A stretch of 62,630 nt of DNA, the filler included, from a bacterium (GTDB lineage: Bacteria > UBP18 > UBA7526), in the NCBI GenBank assembly GCA_030615855.1. It is 3 parts of 3 records of this genome, joined end to end, with 100 filler letters (N's around TTAATTAATTAA, not from the genome) between each part and the next. Parts side by side here need not be neighbours in the genome. Positions count along the whole stretch, not along the records: positions 24,460 to 55,619 come from JAUWYL010000016.1; positions 55,720 to 62,630 come from JAUWYL010000037.1; 1 more part is not named here. The stretch is one strand, 5' to 3'. A program made the position numbers and the translations under genes. Under the pieces are notes generated by a model, which was given only the letters and a program-made list of their open reading frames with translations, was not told the origin of the DNA and made no database searches. This document shows positions 45,695-57,238 of this stretch, in pieces (within the stretch, counting starts at the first letter, position 1; each line of letters opens with the position of its first letter).

Positions 45695-47331
45695 TCCTGA
45701 AGGGCGCCAAGATTATTGATACCCTGAAAGAAGAGATTTATTGCGGCGATATAGCAATCAGTAAAGGAGTAATTACTGGGATCGGTGATTACCGAGGGAA
45801 AGAAGAGATCGATTTAAGAGACAAATTCTTACTCCCCGGTCTCTTGGATGCTCACGTCCATCTGGAGAGTTCTATGGTAACCCCCGGAGAATATGCCCAG
45901 GCCGTAGTTCCCCAGGGGACCACAGCGGTCATTGCTGACCCCCATGAGATCGCCAATATCTTAGGGATAGCGGGCATCGAATATATCCTGAAGGTAAGTG
46001 AGAATTTACCTCTGGAGGTCTTCATCATGCTCCCTTCCTGTGTTCCGGCAACAGAATTTGAAACCTCGGGAGCGAGGCTGGAAGCAGAGGATTTAAAGAG
46101 ACTGATTGACCATCCTATGGTATTGGGATTAGGGGAGGTGATGAACTTCCCGGGAGTAATAAACGAAGACCCAAGGATTTTAGAGAAGATCGTCTTATTT
46201 AAGGATAAAATAATCGATGGCCATGCCCCAGGATTATCTGGGGAGGACCTAAAGAGATATATCCGGACCGGGATAGGTTCCGACCATGAATGCACTACGA
46301 AAGAAGAGGCAGAAGAGAAATTGAAAGCGGGAATGACCATTATGATCCGGGAGGGCTCCGCCTCCAAAAATCTAAAGGACCTTATTCCCATTGTAAACGA
46401 CGAAACCTATAAAAAATGCCTATTCTGCACAGACGATAGAAACCCCATTGATTTATTGGAAGAAGGGCATATTGACTTCTTAGTAAAAAAAGCCATCTCT
46501 TTGGGCCTAGAACCTTTACGGGCTATTCAGATGGCGACCATCAATACCTCCCATTACTTTAGACTTAAAAATAGGGGAGCCATTGCTTCAGGATATAAGG
46601 CGGATTTAGTGGTGGTCGATGATCTGGAAAATTTTAAGGTAGAGATGGTCTTTAAGAATGGGGAACTAGTGGCCAAAGAAGGAAGACTTCTTTCTCCTAT
46701 AAAGGAAGAAGAAGCCCCCATGGTCACCAAGACCTTTCATGTCAAACCACTTAAAAAGGAAGATTTTCAAATTAAAAAGACCCCTTCAAAGATAATCGGG
46801 ATTATACCGAATGAGATAGTGACCAGATCCTTAGATGAAAGGGTGGAAATAGAAAATGGATTTGCCGTTCCCGATATAGCAAGAGACATTCTAAAGATTG
46901 CCGTCATTGAAAGACATAAAGAGACGGGGAATGTCGGTCTAGGGTTTATAAAGGGTTGGGGCTTAAAAGAAGGGGCGTTGGGAACATCGATTGCTCACGA
47001 CAGTCATAATATCATTGTTGTAGGAACGAATGATAGGGACATGTTTTTGGCTGCTCAAGAAATCATCAGAATGCAAGGAGGATTGGTAATCTGTAATAGA
47101 AGAAGGATTCTTGGCTCTCTGCCCTTGCCCATTGCGGGAATTATGTCTGATCAAGACCTGACGTCTGTTAGAGGGAAACTGGAGGAATTACATAGCATAA
47201 CCTCATCCTTAGGAATAAGGTTAAAGGAACCCTTCATGACCCTATCCTTTTTGGCCCTTGCTGTTATTCCTGAACTAAAGATCACAGACAAGGGTTTAGT
47301 AGATGTCAACCATTCCCGACTTATTACATAA
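45682..47331 (+). CDS. ade: adenine deaminase
   Basis: DAHVHLESS, DPHEIAN, DGHAP, SDHE, CTDDR, IAHDSHN, LPLPIAG.MS. Confidence 0.95.
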   Translation: MEEIVLKGAKIIDTLKEEIYCGDIAISKGVITGIGDYRGKEEIDLRDKFLLPGLLDAHVHLESSMVTPGEYAQAVVPQGTTAVIADPHEIANILGIAGIEYILKVSENLPLEVFIMLPSCVPATEFETSGARLEAEDLKRLIDHPMVLGLGEVMNFPGVINEDPRILEKIVLFKDKIIDGHAPGLSGEDLKRYIRTGIGSDHECTTKEEAEEKLKAGMTIMIREGSASKNLKDLIPIVNDETYKKCLFCTDDRNPIDLLEEGHIDFLVKKAISLGLEPLRAIQMATINTSHYFRLKNRGAIASGYKADLVVVDDLENFKVEMVFKNGELVAKEGRLLSPIKEEEAPMVTKTFHVKPLKKEDFQIKKTPSKIIGIIPNEIVTRSLDERVEIENGFAVPDIARDILKIAVIERHKETGNVGLGFIKGWGLKEGALGTSIAHDSHNIIVVGTNDRDMFLAAQEIIRMQGGLVICNRRRILGSLPLPIAGIMSDQDLTSVRGKLEELHSITSSLGIRLKEPFMTLSFLALAVIPELKITDKGLVDVNHSRLIT

Positions 47332-47344
47332 TAAATGCCAAATT

Positions 47345-47552
47345 TGGGTTATGTCTTAAGGTTACAGCAACGAAGCCCGCCCTGTTATTAACAGGTTACG
47401 TTTAGGGGTGACGGTGACGAAGCCCGTATCGGTTACGTTTAATGGTTACGTGAAGAAAACAAGACGTTACCGTAACCAAAAGACGAAACGGGCCTCGTAA
47501 CCCTAGCCGTAACCAAATGTTTTTCACTGACTTATCAACTTATTAACCGTTG
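47345..47552. repeat. GCCCGT...ACGGGC structured repeat, copy 3, with GGTTAC arms
   Basis: Core 47418-47504 matches 24032 and 40723 copies. Confidence 0.85.
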
Positions 47553-47563
47553 AGGAAAAGATT

Positions 47564-48028
47564 GTGAGACCAGAATTAGTCACCATTCTTTTAGCTATGG
47601 CACCGATATCTGAACTGCGAGGTGCCATCCCCTATGCCTGGAGCCAGGGGATGAATCATGTCTCGGCCTATATCTTGTCTGTAATAGGAAACATAATTCC
47701 TGTTGTTCCTCTCCTTTTATTTTTGGGACCAGTCTCCAAATTCTTGAGAAGATTTAAACCATTTGATAAATTCTTCTCTTGGTGGTTTTCCCGTACCCTG
47801 AGGCGCTCTCGTTTGGTAGAGGAGTATGAGGCCTTAGGATTGGTTTTATTCGTCATGATTCCTCTCCCTGTTACTGGTGCCTGGACGGGAAGTGTGGTCG
47901 CCTTCCTCTTGGGAATAAGGTTCCGCTTCGCTTTCCCTGCTATTATTGCGGGAGTATTACTAGCAGGAATAATCGTTAGTTCTGTCTGCTTGGGAGTAAT
48001 TCACATCCCAGCTTTCATCCGCCATTAA
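47564..48028 (+). CDS. small multidrug export-family membrane protein (COG2426-like)
   Basis: AM.PISELRGAIP, GNIIP, LFV.IPLP.TGAWTG. Confidence 0.88.
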   Translation: MRPELVTILLAMAPISELRGAIPYAWSQGMNHVSAYILSVIGNIIPVVPLLLFLGPVSKFLRRFKPFDKFFSWWFSRTLRRSRLVEEYEALGLVLFVMIPLPVTGAWTGSVVAFLLGIRFRFAFPAIIAGVLLAGIIVSSVCLGVIHIPAFIRH

Positions 48029-48029
48029 T

Positions 48030-48108
48030 CGGGGAGTGGCGCAGTTTGGTTTAGCGCGCAGCGTTCGGGACGCTGAGGTCGTGGGTTCGAATCCCACCTC
48101 CCCGACCA
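48030..48108 (+). tRNA. tRNA-Pro(CGG)
   Basis: CGGGGAG/CTCCCCG acceptor, anticodon arm CAGCG-TTCGGGA-CGCTG, encoded CCA. Confidence 0.97.
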
Positions 48109-48389
48109 TAAACCACTTGCTTGCCCTGCACCTGAATGAAATGAATGGTATAGGGCTTCGCTCGGGTTTATGGCAAGCCATGTATTTGAGTGGTTTTTGA
48201 TACCAACGTCACCGCTCAATTACTTATTCTCTTATTTCTGAGTGTTCAACGAAGAAACAAGGTTCTGCGCATAGCGCAGGTTCTTATTCACGTATTTTCT
48301 TATTCATTTTACTTCGAATTCCGACCTATTAAAATCTGCGCTAATCTGTGCTTTAAATCCGTGATAATCCGTGTCTCGGGGGTGAAAAA

Positions 48390-49595
48390 ATGAAAGTTGC
48401 TTTTGTCTCTCCTTCCTTCTGGAGTGGAAAGAAAAAAGAGTTTTATAAGCCGGGGGATCAAATCTACGACCATCCTCTTCCCTTGGAAGAGAAGGGAACT
48501 TTAGTAAGATGTATCAAGAGCATGAAAAAGATGAAGGACCAGGACTTTACCTTCGTCATTATCTCTGCTGCTACCCGACCTGAAGTAGAGAATGAGGTAG
48601 ACAGAAAAATAAGAAGTCTAATAGAGGAGACAAGGACGAAATTTGATATCAGGGTCTTTGGCTACCAGGAATTAAGGAGATTAAAAAGATACCTGCAGAA
48701 AAAGGGAAAGAAGGGTCTCCTGGGGCCTCTTCATATGTATGGCTATGCGGGAATAAGAAATATGTGCCTTTTGGCCGCCCACATCTTAGGGGTAGATATT
48801 GCCATCTCTATTGATGATGACGTAGTCTTTGAAGACCCGAATTATCTGAAGAAAGCGAAGGAGTTTATTGGAAAGAAGAAAGGCAAAGATAGAATACTCG
48901 CTGTCTATGGACCATATAAGTACGGGAAGAAGGGGCCAGAATGGGAGAAGATAGAAACTCCTGTATGGAGAACCTACTGGGATAATGTTGCTCCCGCCAG
49001 AAAGGCCTGGGAGAAGTTCATCCTCTCCAAGGGAAGACTAAAAGAAACCTCCTATATCGTAATGTCCAATATCGTGGTCCATAAGAACTTCTTCACCAAG
49101 GTTCCTCTGGACCCTAATATAAACAGAGGAGAGGATATGGACTGGGTGGTGAATGCCCGAATGTTTGGCTATAAGTTCTTCGTAGATAATAAATTACATG
49201 TGAGACATCTCCCTCCTCCCAGGACCCATCCTGCCTGGAGACTGACCAGAGAGGATATCAAGAGATACATCTATGAGCGGGAGAAGGTGCATTCCTTAGA
49301 AGAGCATAAGGGAATCCCAAAAGAGTACTTCGACCCCTTTCCCGGCGAATTCTTAAAGGAAGATCTGGAAGAGAGGCTCTTCAAGTCCAATATCATGCTC
49401 GCTATGGACTCTTTGATTAAGAAGGACTTCGAAGGAGCGAGAGGGTGCCTGGAAAATATCCATCTAGCGAAGTACAAGGCAAGACCGAAATTCAATCCCT
49501 ATGAGCATATGGTTAAGTTCCAAAAAATCTGGGAGAGATTGATGAACCACATCGACCGCCATAGAGAAGAATTGAAAAGCCTACTCCAGTGGTAA
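48390..49595 (+). CDS. GT-A fold glycosyltransferase of unknown specificity
   Basis: GYAGIRN..L, IDDD metal motif, DPNI.RGEDMD. Confidence 0.65.
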   Translation: MKVAFVSPSFWSGKKKEFYKPGDQIYDHPLPLEEKGTLVRCIKSMKKMKDQDFTFVIISAATRPEVENEVDRKIRSLIEETRTKFDIRVFGYQELRRLKRYLQKKGKKGLLGPLHMYGYAGIRNMCLLAAHILGVDIAISIDDDVVFEDPNYLKKAKEFIGKKKGKDRILAVYGPYKYGKKGPEWEKIETPVWRTYWDNVAPARKAWEKFILSKGRLKETSYIVMSNIVVHKNFFTKVPLDPNINRGEDMDWVVNARMFGYKFFVDNKLHVRHLPPPRTHPAWRLTREDIKRYIYEREKVHSLEEHKGIPKEYFDPFPGEFLKEDLEERLFKSNIMLAMDSLIKKDFEGARGCLENIHLAKYKARPKFNPYEHMVKFQKIWERLMNHIDRHREELKSLLQW

Positions 49596-49596
49596 T

Positions 49597-49885
49597 TAAG
49601 AAATTAGTGCAAAATGCAAAATTAGCAATTAGCAATGCAAAATAAAATGATATCAGATTACCAGAATGTCAGATGGAGAGGGTCAGTTATCAGAAATCAG
49701 ACAAAATCTGATACTCTGACCTTCTGAATTCTCATTCTGATAGTCTGATGTTCTGGTATTCTCGAAGATTCACGATTATCTGTGATCTGTGTAAATCTGT
49801 AGCCATCCGTGTCAATGCTTAATATTTATGCTCTCTAGAATGCCAGCGAAGCGCATTCTGTAATCTGTGTCCGAACGAAGTGAGG
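49597..49885. repeat. mosaic: AAAATGC arm, TCAGA/TCTGA inverted array, ATCTGT arm, CCGAACGAAGTGAGG
   Basis: Periodic units visible directly; 49650-49762 is self-complementary. Confidence 0.8.
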
Positions 49886-49889
49886 AAGA

Positions 49890-50360
49890 ATGAAGATTGG
49901 AGTAATCGGTGCTAGCCGTTGCAGTGAGAAAATTGCAAAGATAGCCTATGAAGTGGGAAAGGAGATTGCCAGGAGAAAAGCGATCCTTATCTGCGGTGGA
50001 TTGGGAGGGGTGATGGAAGAAGCCGCAAGGGGAGCGAAGGAGAACAAAGGATTGACCATAGGGATTTTACCCGGCTTCTCTTCCTCCGATGCCAATTCCT
50101 ATATCGATATTCCTATCGTTACTGGAATGGACCACGGAAGGAATATCATCGTAGTGAGAAGTTGCGATGCCATCATTGCTATTGGTGGCAGAGAAGGGAC
50201 GTTATCCGAGATCGCCTTTGCTCTGAAATTGAGGATTCCCTTGATCGGGATTAAGAGCTGGAAGATAGAAGGAGTAATAAAGGCCAAGGATGCCAAGGCG
50301 GCAGTAAGCCAGGCTTTCCAAGCGTTAAAGAGAGAGAAGAAGATCGTAAGGTGTACTTAG
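49890..50360 (+). CDS. LOG/TIGR00725 family protein
   Basis: CGGLGGVME, GILPG, TGM..GRN, GGREGTLSEIA. Confidence 0.9.
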   Translation: MKIGVIGASRCSEKIAKIAYEVGKEIARRKAILICGGLGGVMEEAARGAKENKGLTIGILPGFSSSDANSYIDIPIVTGMDHGRNIIVVRSCDAIIAIGGREGTLSEIAFALKLRIPLIGIKSWKIEGVIKAKDAKAAVSQAFQALKREKKIVRCT

Positions 50361-50361
50361 A

Positions 50362-50640
50362 ATGGCTGAAAAAGTGAGAATGCATTCCTTTATTAAAGGA
50401 ACCATCCGGGATGGAGGATTCAGTGAAGCAGTCCAGAGAGTGGCCCAACATCTGGGGCTTAACAGGTGTATAAAACATTTTCCCGGTAAGGGGGTAGAAC
50501 TAATCGCAGAAGGGGAGAAACATATCTTAGAGCAATTTTTAGAAGAGACAAGGTATGGGGAAGTGGCCGCCCAAATCACAGACATCCAGACTACCTGGGA
50601 AGAGGCCACCGGAGAGTTTTCTGGCTTTCTGGTAAGATAA
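50362..50640 (+). CDS. degenerate acylphosphatase-fold protein
   Basis: Alignable to the next gene (VELIAEG) but GRVQGVGFR is GTIRDGGFS and the RN motif is KH. Confidence 0.65.
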   Translation: MAEKVRMHSFIKGTIRDGGFSEAVQRVAQHLGLNRCIKHFPGKGVELIAEGEKHILEQFLEETRYGEVAAQITDIQTTWEEATGEFSGFLVR

Positions 50641-50650
50641 CAAAGTTACA

Positions 50651-50950
50651 GTGATGAATAAAAAAGATTACAGTGATAAGGTGAGAGTACATGCTATCTA
50701 TGGAGGAAGGGTACAGGGAGTGGGCTTCAGGTTTACTGCCCAGAGGTATGCCAATGAAATAGAAATAACCGGTTATGTAAGGAACCTCTGGAGCAGCCAA
50801 GTAGAGATAGTAGCAGAAGGGGGAAGGAAAGAGGTGGAGACTTTCTTGGAAAGAATAAGAAATGGTCCACTCTCCCATTATATTGACGATGTGGAGACTC
50901 ATTATAGTGAATATACTGGAGCGTTCCGAGACTTCCACATCCGCTTCTGA
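50651..50950 (+). CDS. acyP: acylphosphatase
   Basis: GRVQGVGFR, GYVRN, VEIVAEG. Confidence 0.92.
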   Translation: MMNKKDYSDKVRVHAIYGGRVQGVGFRFTAQRYANEIEITGYVRNLWSSQVEIVAEGGRKEVETFLERIRNGPLSHYIDDVETHYSEYTGAFRDFHIRF

Positions 50951-51040
50951 GACGCAGATGGCCACAGATTGAAACGGATTCACACAGATCACAGACAAAG
51001 GTCATTGAAGGATAGTTACGAAGGTTGGGAGATTTGTAAG

Positions 51041-52486
51041 GTGAAGAATTTCATAGTTGGTTTACTTTTGGGGATTACTTTTACTGTGCTAATAATGTAC
51101 ATTATTTCTCAACCGAAAGAAGACGTTCCAACAGAACGAACCCTAACAAAAAAATCTGAGGCAATTTCTAAGGATATTTTTGAAAAAGAAATAACTCCAG
51201 AAGAGAAAATCGAAGCCTTAGGGACTGTCCTTGGAATAGGGCAGCAACCTCCTACCAGTGAAACGACTAAGAAAAAGATTCAGAATTTAATTATTTCCCT
51301 GAGTGAGGTATATGCTCTTAGAGATTTTGAGAAAGAAAAAGAAGTCTTAAAAGAATGGAAAGAACTGGGCCTTCAGGCTGCCCCAGAATTACTTGCTATG
51401 TTCCGGAGCGGAGATTCACCTGGTACCAGAATTATGGCCGCTCGTATCTTGGGCGTAATTAATGCTAAAGAGAATAATTCGGAAGTATCCCGGATCTTGA
51501 ATAGTGAAGTCCTACCTCTCTTAGAAGAGATTATTGACAAAGAAGAGCATATGATTTTGAGACAGGGGGCGGTCTGGGCGCTGGGAGATATAAAAGAGGA
51601 AGGTTCTGTAAAACTCCTCAAGAAAATTATCGATAATGAGCTTCCTTACCTTACGGAAAGCGCAACTGGTTCTTTAGCAAGGATAGGAACAGATTCTGCT
51701 AATCGCTGTCTCATAGAACTTTTGGAATGGTCAGAAGATGAGAATATCAAACGTTCTGTTGCTGCCGCCCTGGGTGAACACAGTAGTTGGGAAATTACTG
51801 GGGAATTAGCAGATGTTTTGAGTGGTTCTCTTTCAACTCCGACTACAGTATACGTCATTCGCGCCTTGACTGAGATCAATGCCCGAGAGGCCACTCCTCG
51901 CATAACAGATTTACTCCAGAGGGAATCTATTCCCAGTTTAAGGAAGATATTGAATGAGACCAAGGACTCTTCCTTGAAAAGAAACGCGGTTTATGCTCTG
52001 GGAGAAATTGGAGGGGAAGAAGCAAATCTAATACTTATAGATATTCTTGAAAGCAAAAATAAGCGGGATTACGGATTAAAGTATGCCACGGTTCGCGTTT
52101 TAGGAGAAAAAGGAGGAGAAGAAGTAGTAGCCCCCTTAACAAAAATAATAAAAGAGAAGAAAGACGATTATATCAAAATACAGGCCATTACTGCTTTGGG
52201 TGAAATAAATAATAGAGAATATTCCTCTCTGGCTATGGAAACCCTAAATTTAGAGGGGTTACCATATTTAAAAGAAATTATTTCTTCCTCCAGAAAGCGC
52301 TCACTTAAACGGAGCGCGATCTCTGCCTTGGGCAGAGTGGGGAGTAGTGATGACCTTCCTCTGTTGGAAGAAATAGCACGCAAAGAGCCTAATCTTCAGC
52401 GTAGCGTCAATTATGCCAAAAATAGAATAAAGATGAGGGAAAGTGGTGGCAAATGGCCTATGGGGAGAAGAAGTTTCTTCTGGTAA
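51041..52486 (+). CDS. membrane-anchored HEAT/PBS-lyase repeat protein
   Basis: N-terminal TM, repeated A..ALGEIG units. Confidence 0.8.
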   Translation: MKNFIVGLLLGITFTVLIMYIISQPKEDVPTERTLTKKSEAISKDIFEKEITPEEKIEALGTVLGIGQQPPTSETTKKKIQNLIISLSEVYALRDFEKEKEVLKEWKELGLQAAPELLAMFRSGDSPGTRIMAARILGVINAKENNSEVSRILNSEVLPLLEEIIDKEEHMILRQGAVWALGDIKEEGSVKLLKKIIDNELPYLTESATGSLARIGTDSANRCLIELLEWSEDENIKRSVAAALGEHSSWEITGELADVLSGSLSTPTTVYVIRALTEINAREATPRITDLLQRESIPSLRKILNETKDSSLKRNAVYALGEIGGEEANLILIDILESKNKRDYGLKYATVRVLGEKGGEEVVAPLTKIIKEKKDDYIKIQAITALGEINNREYSSLAMETLNLEGLPYLKEIISSSRKRSLKRSAISALGRVGSSDDLPLLEEIARKEPNLQRSVNYAKNRIKMRESGGKWPMGRRSFFW

Positions 52487-52498
52487 TATGCTATTAAA

Positions 52499-53230
52499 AT
52501 GAAATATGCCCTATTCGCTGATATCCACAGTAACTTGGAAGCCTTCCAGGCGGTCCGGGAAGAATTTAAGAAGGGGAAGATTGACGAATATATCTGTTTA
52601 GGGGATATCGTGGGCTATGCCGCTAATCCCAACGAGTGCATCAAGCTCACAAGGGAGTTAAATCCTCTGACCATAATCGCTGGGAATCACGACTGGGCAA
52701 GCGTGGGAAAGACAGACATCGATTACTTCAATCCCATCGCCAAAGAGGCCATTTTATGGACGCAGAAGGAACTGACAGAAGAGAATAAAGGATTTTTAAA
52801 AAACTTGCCCCTGACTAAAGAATTTAATGACTTTGTCATCGTTCACGGAAGTTTATACTTTCCAGAGAAGTGGCACTATATCTTCACCCTTCAAGATACT
52901 AAGAGAAACTTTGAATATCAGAAAAAGAAGACATGTTTCATCGCCCATTCCCACCAACCGTTCATCATCTCCCAAGACAGAGAAGGAAACTGTGAAACAG
53001 TGAAGGGAACAAAAGTTTCTTTAAAAGACGATTATAGATACCTTATAAATATTGGAAGCATTGGTCAGCCAAGGGATGCTAATCCAGCTGCTTGCTACTG
53101 TCTCTACGACGCAGATAAAAAAGAGATAGAAATAAAGAGAACCCCTTATGAGATAAAGAAGGCCCAGGATAAGATAATCGCCACCAGCCTTCCCCAAGAA
53201 CTGGCTTGGCGCTTATCCTTAGGAAGATAG
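52499..53230 (+). CDS. metallophosphoesterase family protein
   Basis: DIHSN, LGDIVGY, GNHD, HGS, HSHQP, NIGSIGQPRD. Confidence 0.92.
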   Translation: MKYALFADIHSNLEAFQAVREEFKKGKIDEYICLGDIVGYAANPNECIKLTRELNPLTIIAGNHDWASVGKTDIDYFNPIAKEAILWTQKELTEENKGFLKNLPLTKEFNDFVIVHGSLYFPEKWHYIFTLQDTKRNFEYQKKKTCFIAHSHQPFIISQDREGNCETVKGTKVSLKDDYRYLINIGSIGQPRDANPAACYCLYDADKKEIEIKRTPYEIKKAQDKIIATSLPQELAWRLSLGR

Positions 53231-53231
53231 A

Positions 53232-55619
<2,388 letters not shown>

Positions 55620-55719
55620 NNNNNNNNNNNNNNNNNNNNNNNNNNNNNNNNNNNNNNNNNNNNTTAATTAATTAANNNNNNNNNNNNNNNNNNNNNNNNN
55701 NNNNNNNNNNNNNNNNNNN
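55620..55719. other. artificial contig linker
   Basis: N-run with TTAATTAATTAA. Confidence 0.98.
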
Positions 55720-56460
55720 CCTCAGGGCCTTCTTCTGAATGGACTCCTGGGCCACCTCAAGATTGAAATCGATTATTCCTTCCTTATCTGGTTTAGTAGT
55801 CATGACCCCCAGTTCCAAGGCGTTCAAGGCTTTTCGGGCATCCCCATCACAATAGGTGGCCAGGTGCTTCGAGGCCTCTTTACCCATTTTTACCTTGTAG
55901 CCCTTTAGCCCTTCCTTCAGGCCTCTCTTTACTATCTTTTCGATATCCTTTGCTTTTAAAGGTTTGAACTCAAAGACCAGGGAGCGGGAGAGAAGGGCGG
56001 GAATGACAGAAAAGTAAGGGTTATGAATGGTAGCCCCGATTAAAATAATGACCCCCTCCTCTACATGGGGGAGTAAGGTATCCTGTTGGGCCTTATTGAA
56101 GCGGTGAATCTCGTCAATGCACATAGTGGTCTTCTTCCCGTACATCACCCGCCTATCCTTTGCCTGGGCAACAACCTTTCTAATCTCTCCTACTCCACAA
56201 GTGGTAGCATTGAGGTATTCAAAGTGAGATTCTGTCCTTCGGGCGATGATGTAGGCTAAGGCGCTCTTACCAGTTCCCGGCGGTCCCCAGAAGATGGCAG
56301 AGCTTATCCTGTCCGCCTCTATTGCTCGACGCAATAACTTCCCCCTGGAGAGGATAGGCTCCTGGCCCACGAATTCTTTCAAATCCTTGGGCCTCATCCT
56401 CAGAGCCAGAGGAGCCTCTTCAGAAATCTTTTTCTTTCCCTTTTCTTCAAAGAGATCCAT
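55720..56460 (-). CDS. rarA: replication-associated recombination protein A (3'-truncated)
   Basis: PLALRMRP, WGPPGTGK, DEIHRFNKAQQD, GDARKALN. Confidence 0.93.
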
Positions 56461-56465
56461 TCCAT

Positions 56466-56590
56466 CCTCGCTTCGCTCGTCAACACAGATTAGCACAGAT
56501 TTAAAATACAGATTAGCACGGATTATTCGCGTTGATTCGTGTTTTAGTTATCTTCCGTTTCTGCTTTACAGTTCGCGTATATTCGCGTCT
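56466..56590 (-). repeat. ACGCGAAT arm + ATCYGTG arm + CGAGCGAAGCGAGG upstream of rarA
   Basis: 56560-56590 rc is 29/31 identical to 5010-5040; GAT units ending 56490/56500/56513/56523. Confidence 0.85.
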
Positions 56591-56600
56591 TAAAAGAAAA

Positions 56601-56755
56601 GTTCCCCGCTCAGGCCGTGTGTGGAAACTTTTGAATCGGCTTTACGCCAAGTGGGTACCCTACTAGTCGCCAGGAAATTTCTTTCCCGACTCGGGCCCCC
56701 AGTTTAGAAGTGTCGACTCAAAATTGTTGCCGCATCACGCGCTAGAGCAGGGAAC
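56601..56755 (-). ncRNA. ssrS: 6S RNA
   Basis: Downstream of zapA; ends pair (GTTCCCTGCTC/GAGCGGGGAAC); 6S-like segments TGAGTCGACAC and ACCCACTTGG...GATTCAA; followed by U-tract. Confidence 0.88.
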
Positions 56756-56762
56756 TAATTAT

Positions 56763-56791
56763 AGTATAACACACTTTTTTTCAATTTGCAA
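56763..56791 (-). promoter_or_regulatory. 6S RNA promoter
   Basis: TTGCAA-17 nt-TATACT with extended TG, ~7 nt before the predicted 5' end. Confidence 0.8.
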
Positions 56792-56798
56792 GCAAAAT

Positions 56799-57086
56799 CT
56801 ATCTTAATCCCTGTTCAAGAAGCTTGATCAGTTTCTTCTGTCTTTCCCTTGTTCTTCTGTTAGAGAGTTCAGTCTCTCTCTTCAACTTATGGAGTTCATC
56901 TGCGATGTTTAATGCGGCTTTAACAGCAAGCTTAGCGGAAAGTACCTGAGAACCAGCAGGGGCTAGCTTTCTCATCTTGCTATCTACATATCGAGCCAAC
57001 CTCTTGACGTACCTTTCCTCCTCGCCTCCTTCTACTCTTATGGGATAGCTACTACCCAAGATCTCTATCTTTATGGTCTTGGTCAT
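56799..57086 (-). CDS. zapA: cell division protein ZapA
   Basis: IEILG.SY, LARYVD.KM, AALNIADEL; pheT-zap-6S synteny. Confidence 0.92.
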   Translation of the reverse strand: MTKTIKIEILGSSYPIRVEGGEEERYVKRLARYVDSKMRKLAPAGSQVLSAKLAVKAALNIADELHKLKRETELSNRRTRERQKKLIKLLEQGLR

Positions 57087-57238
57087 CTTCCCGTCTTCTC
57101 TAAACGAGCGAGAAGTTCTTCTACTCGAAGTCTGACAAAATCCTTGGTCTTCTTCAGGGTCTCGTTTTCATTCTTGAGTTTAGCCATTAATGTCAGGATT
57201 TTCCTAATTCTTTCTTCCAGCCTATCTAAATCGTTCAC
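57083..57238 (-). CDS. zapB: ZapB-like coiled-coil protein (absent from ORF track)
   Basis: GTG start overlapping pheT stop; MNDLDRLEERIRKILTLMAKLKNENETLKK...VRLRVEELLARLEKTGR; stop overlaps zapA ATG. Confidence 0.75.
   Translation of the reverse strand: MNDLDRLEERIRKILTLMAKLKNENETLKKTKDFVRLRVEELLARLEKTGR

Noticed and set aside
48025-48219. Minus-strand ORFs containing WSGRWDSNPRP and MVGEVGFEPTT
   Set aside because: Antisense translations of tRNA-Pro.
48030-48400. tRNA-Pro as a prophage or island attachment site
   Set aside because: No integrase and no duplicated tRNA 3' end seen; similarity to 38495-38572 is between two complete isoacceptor genes.
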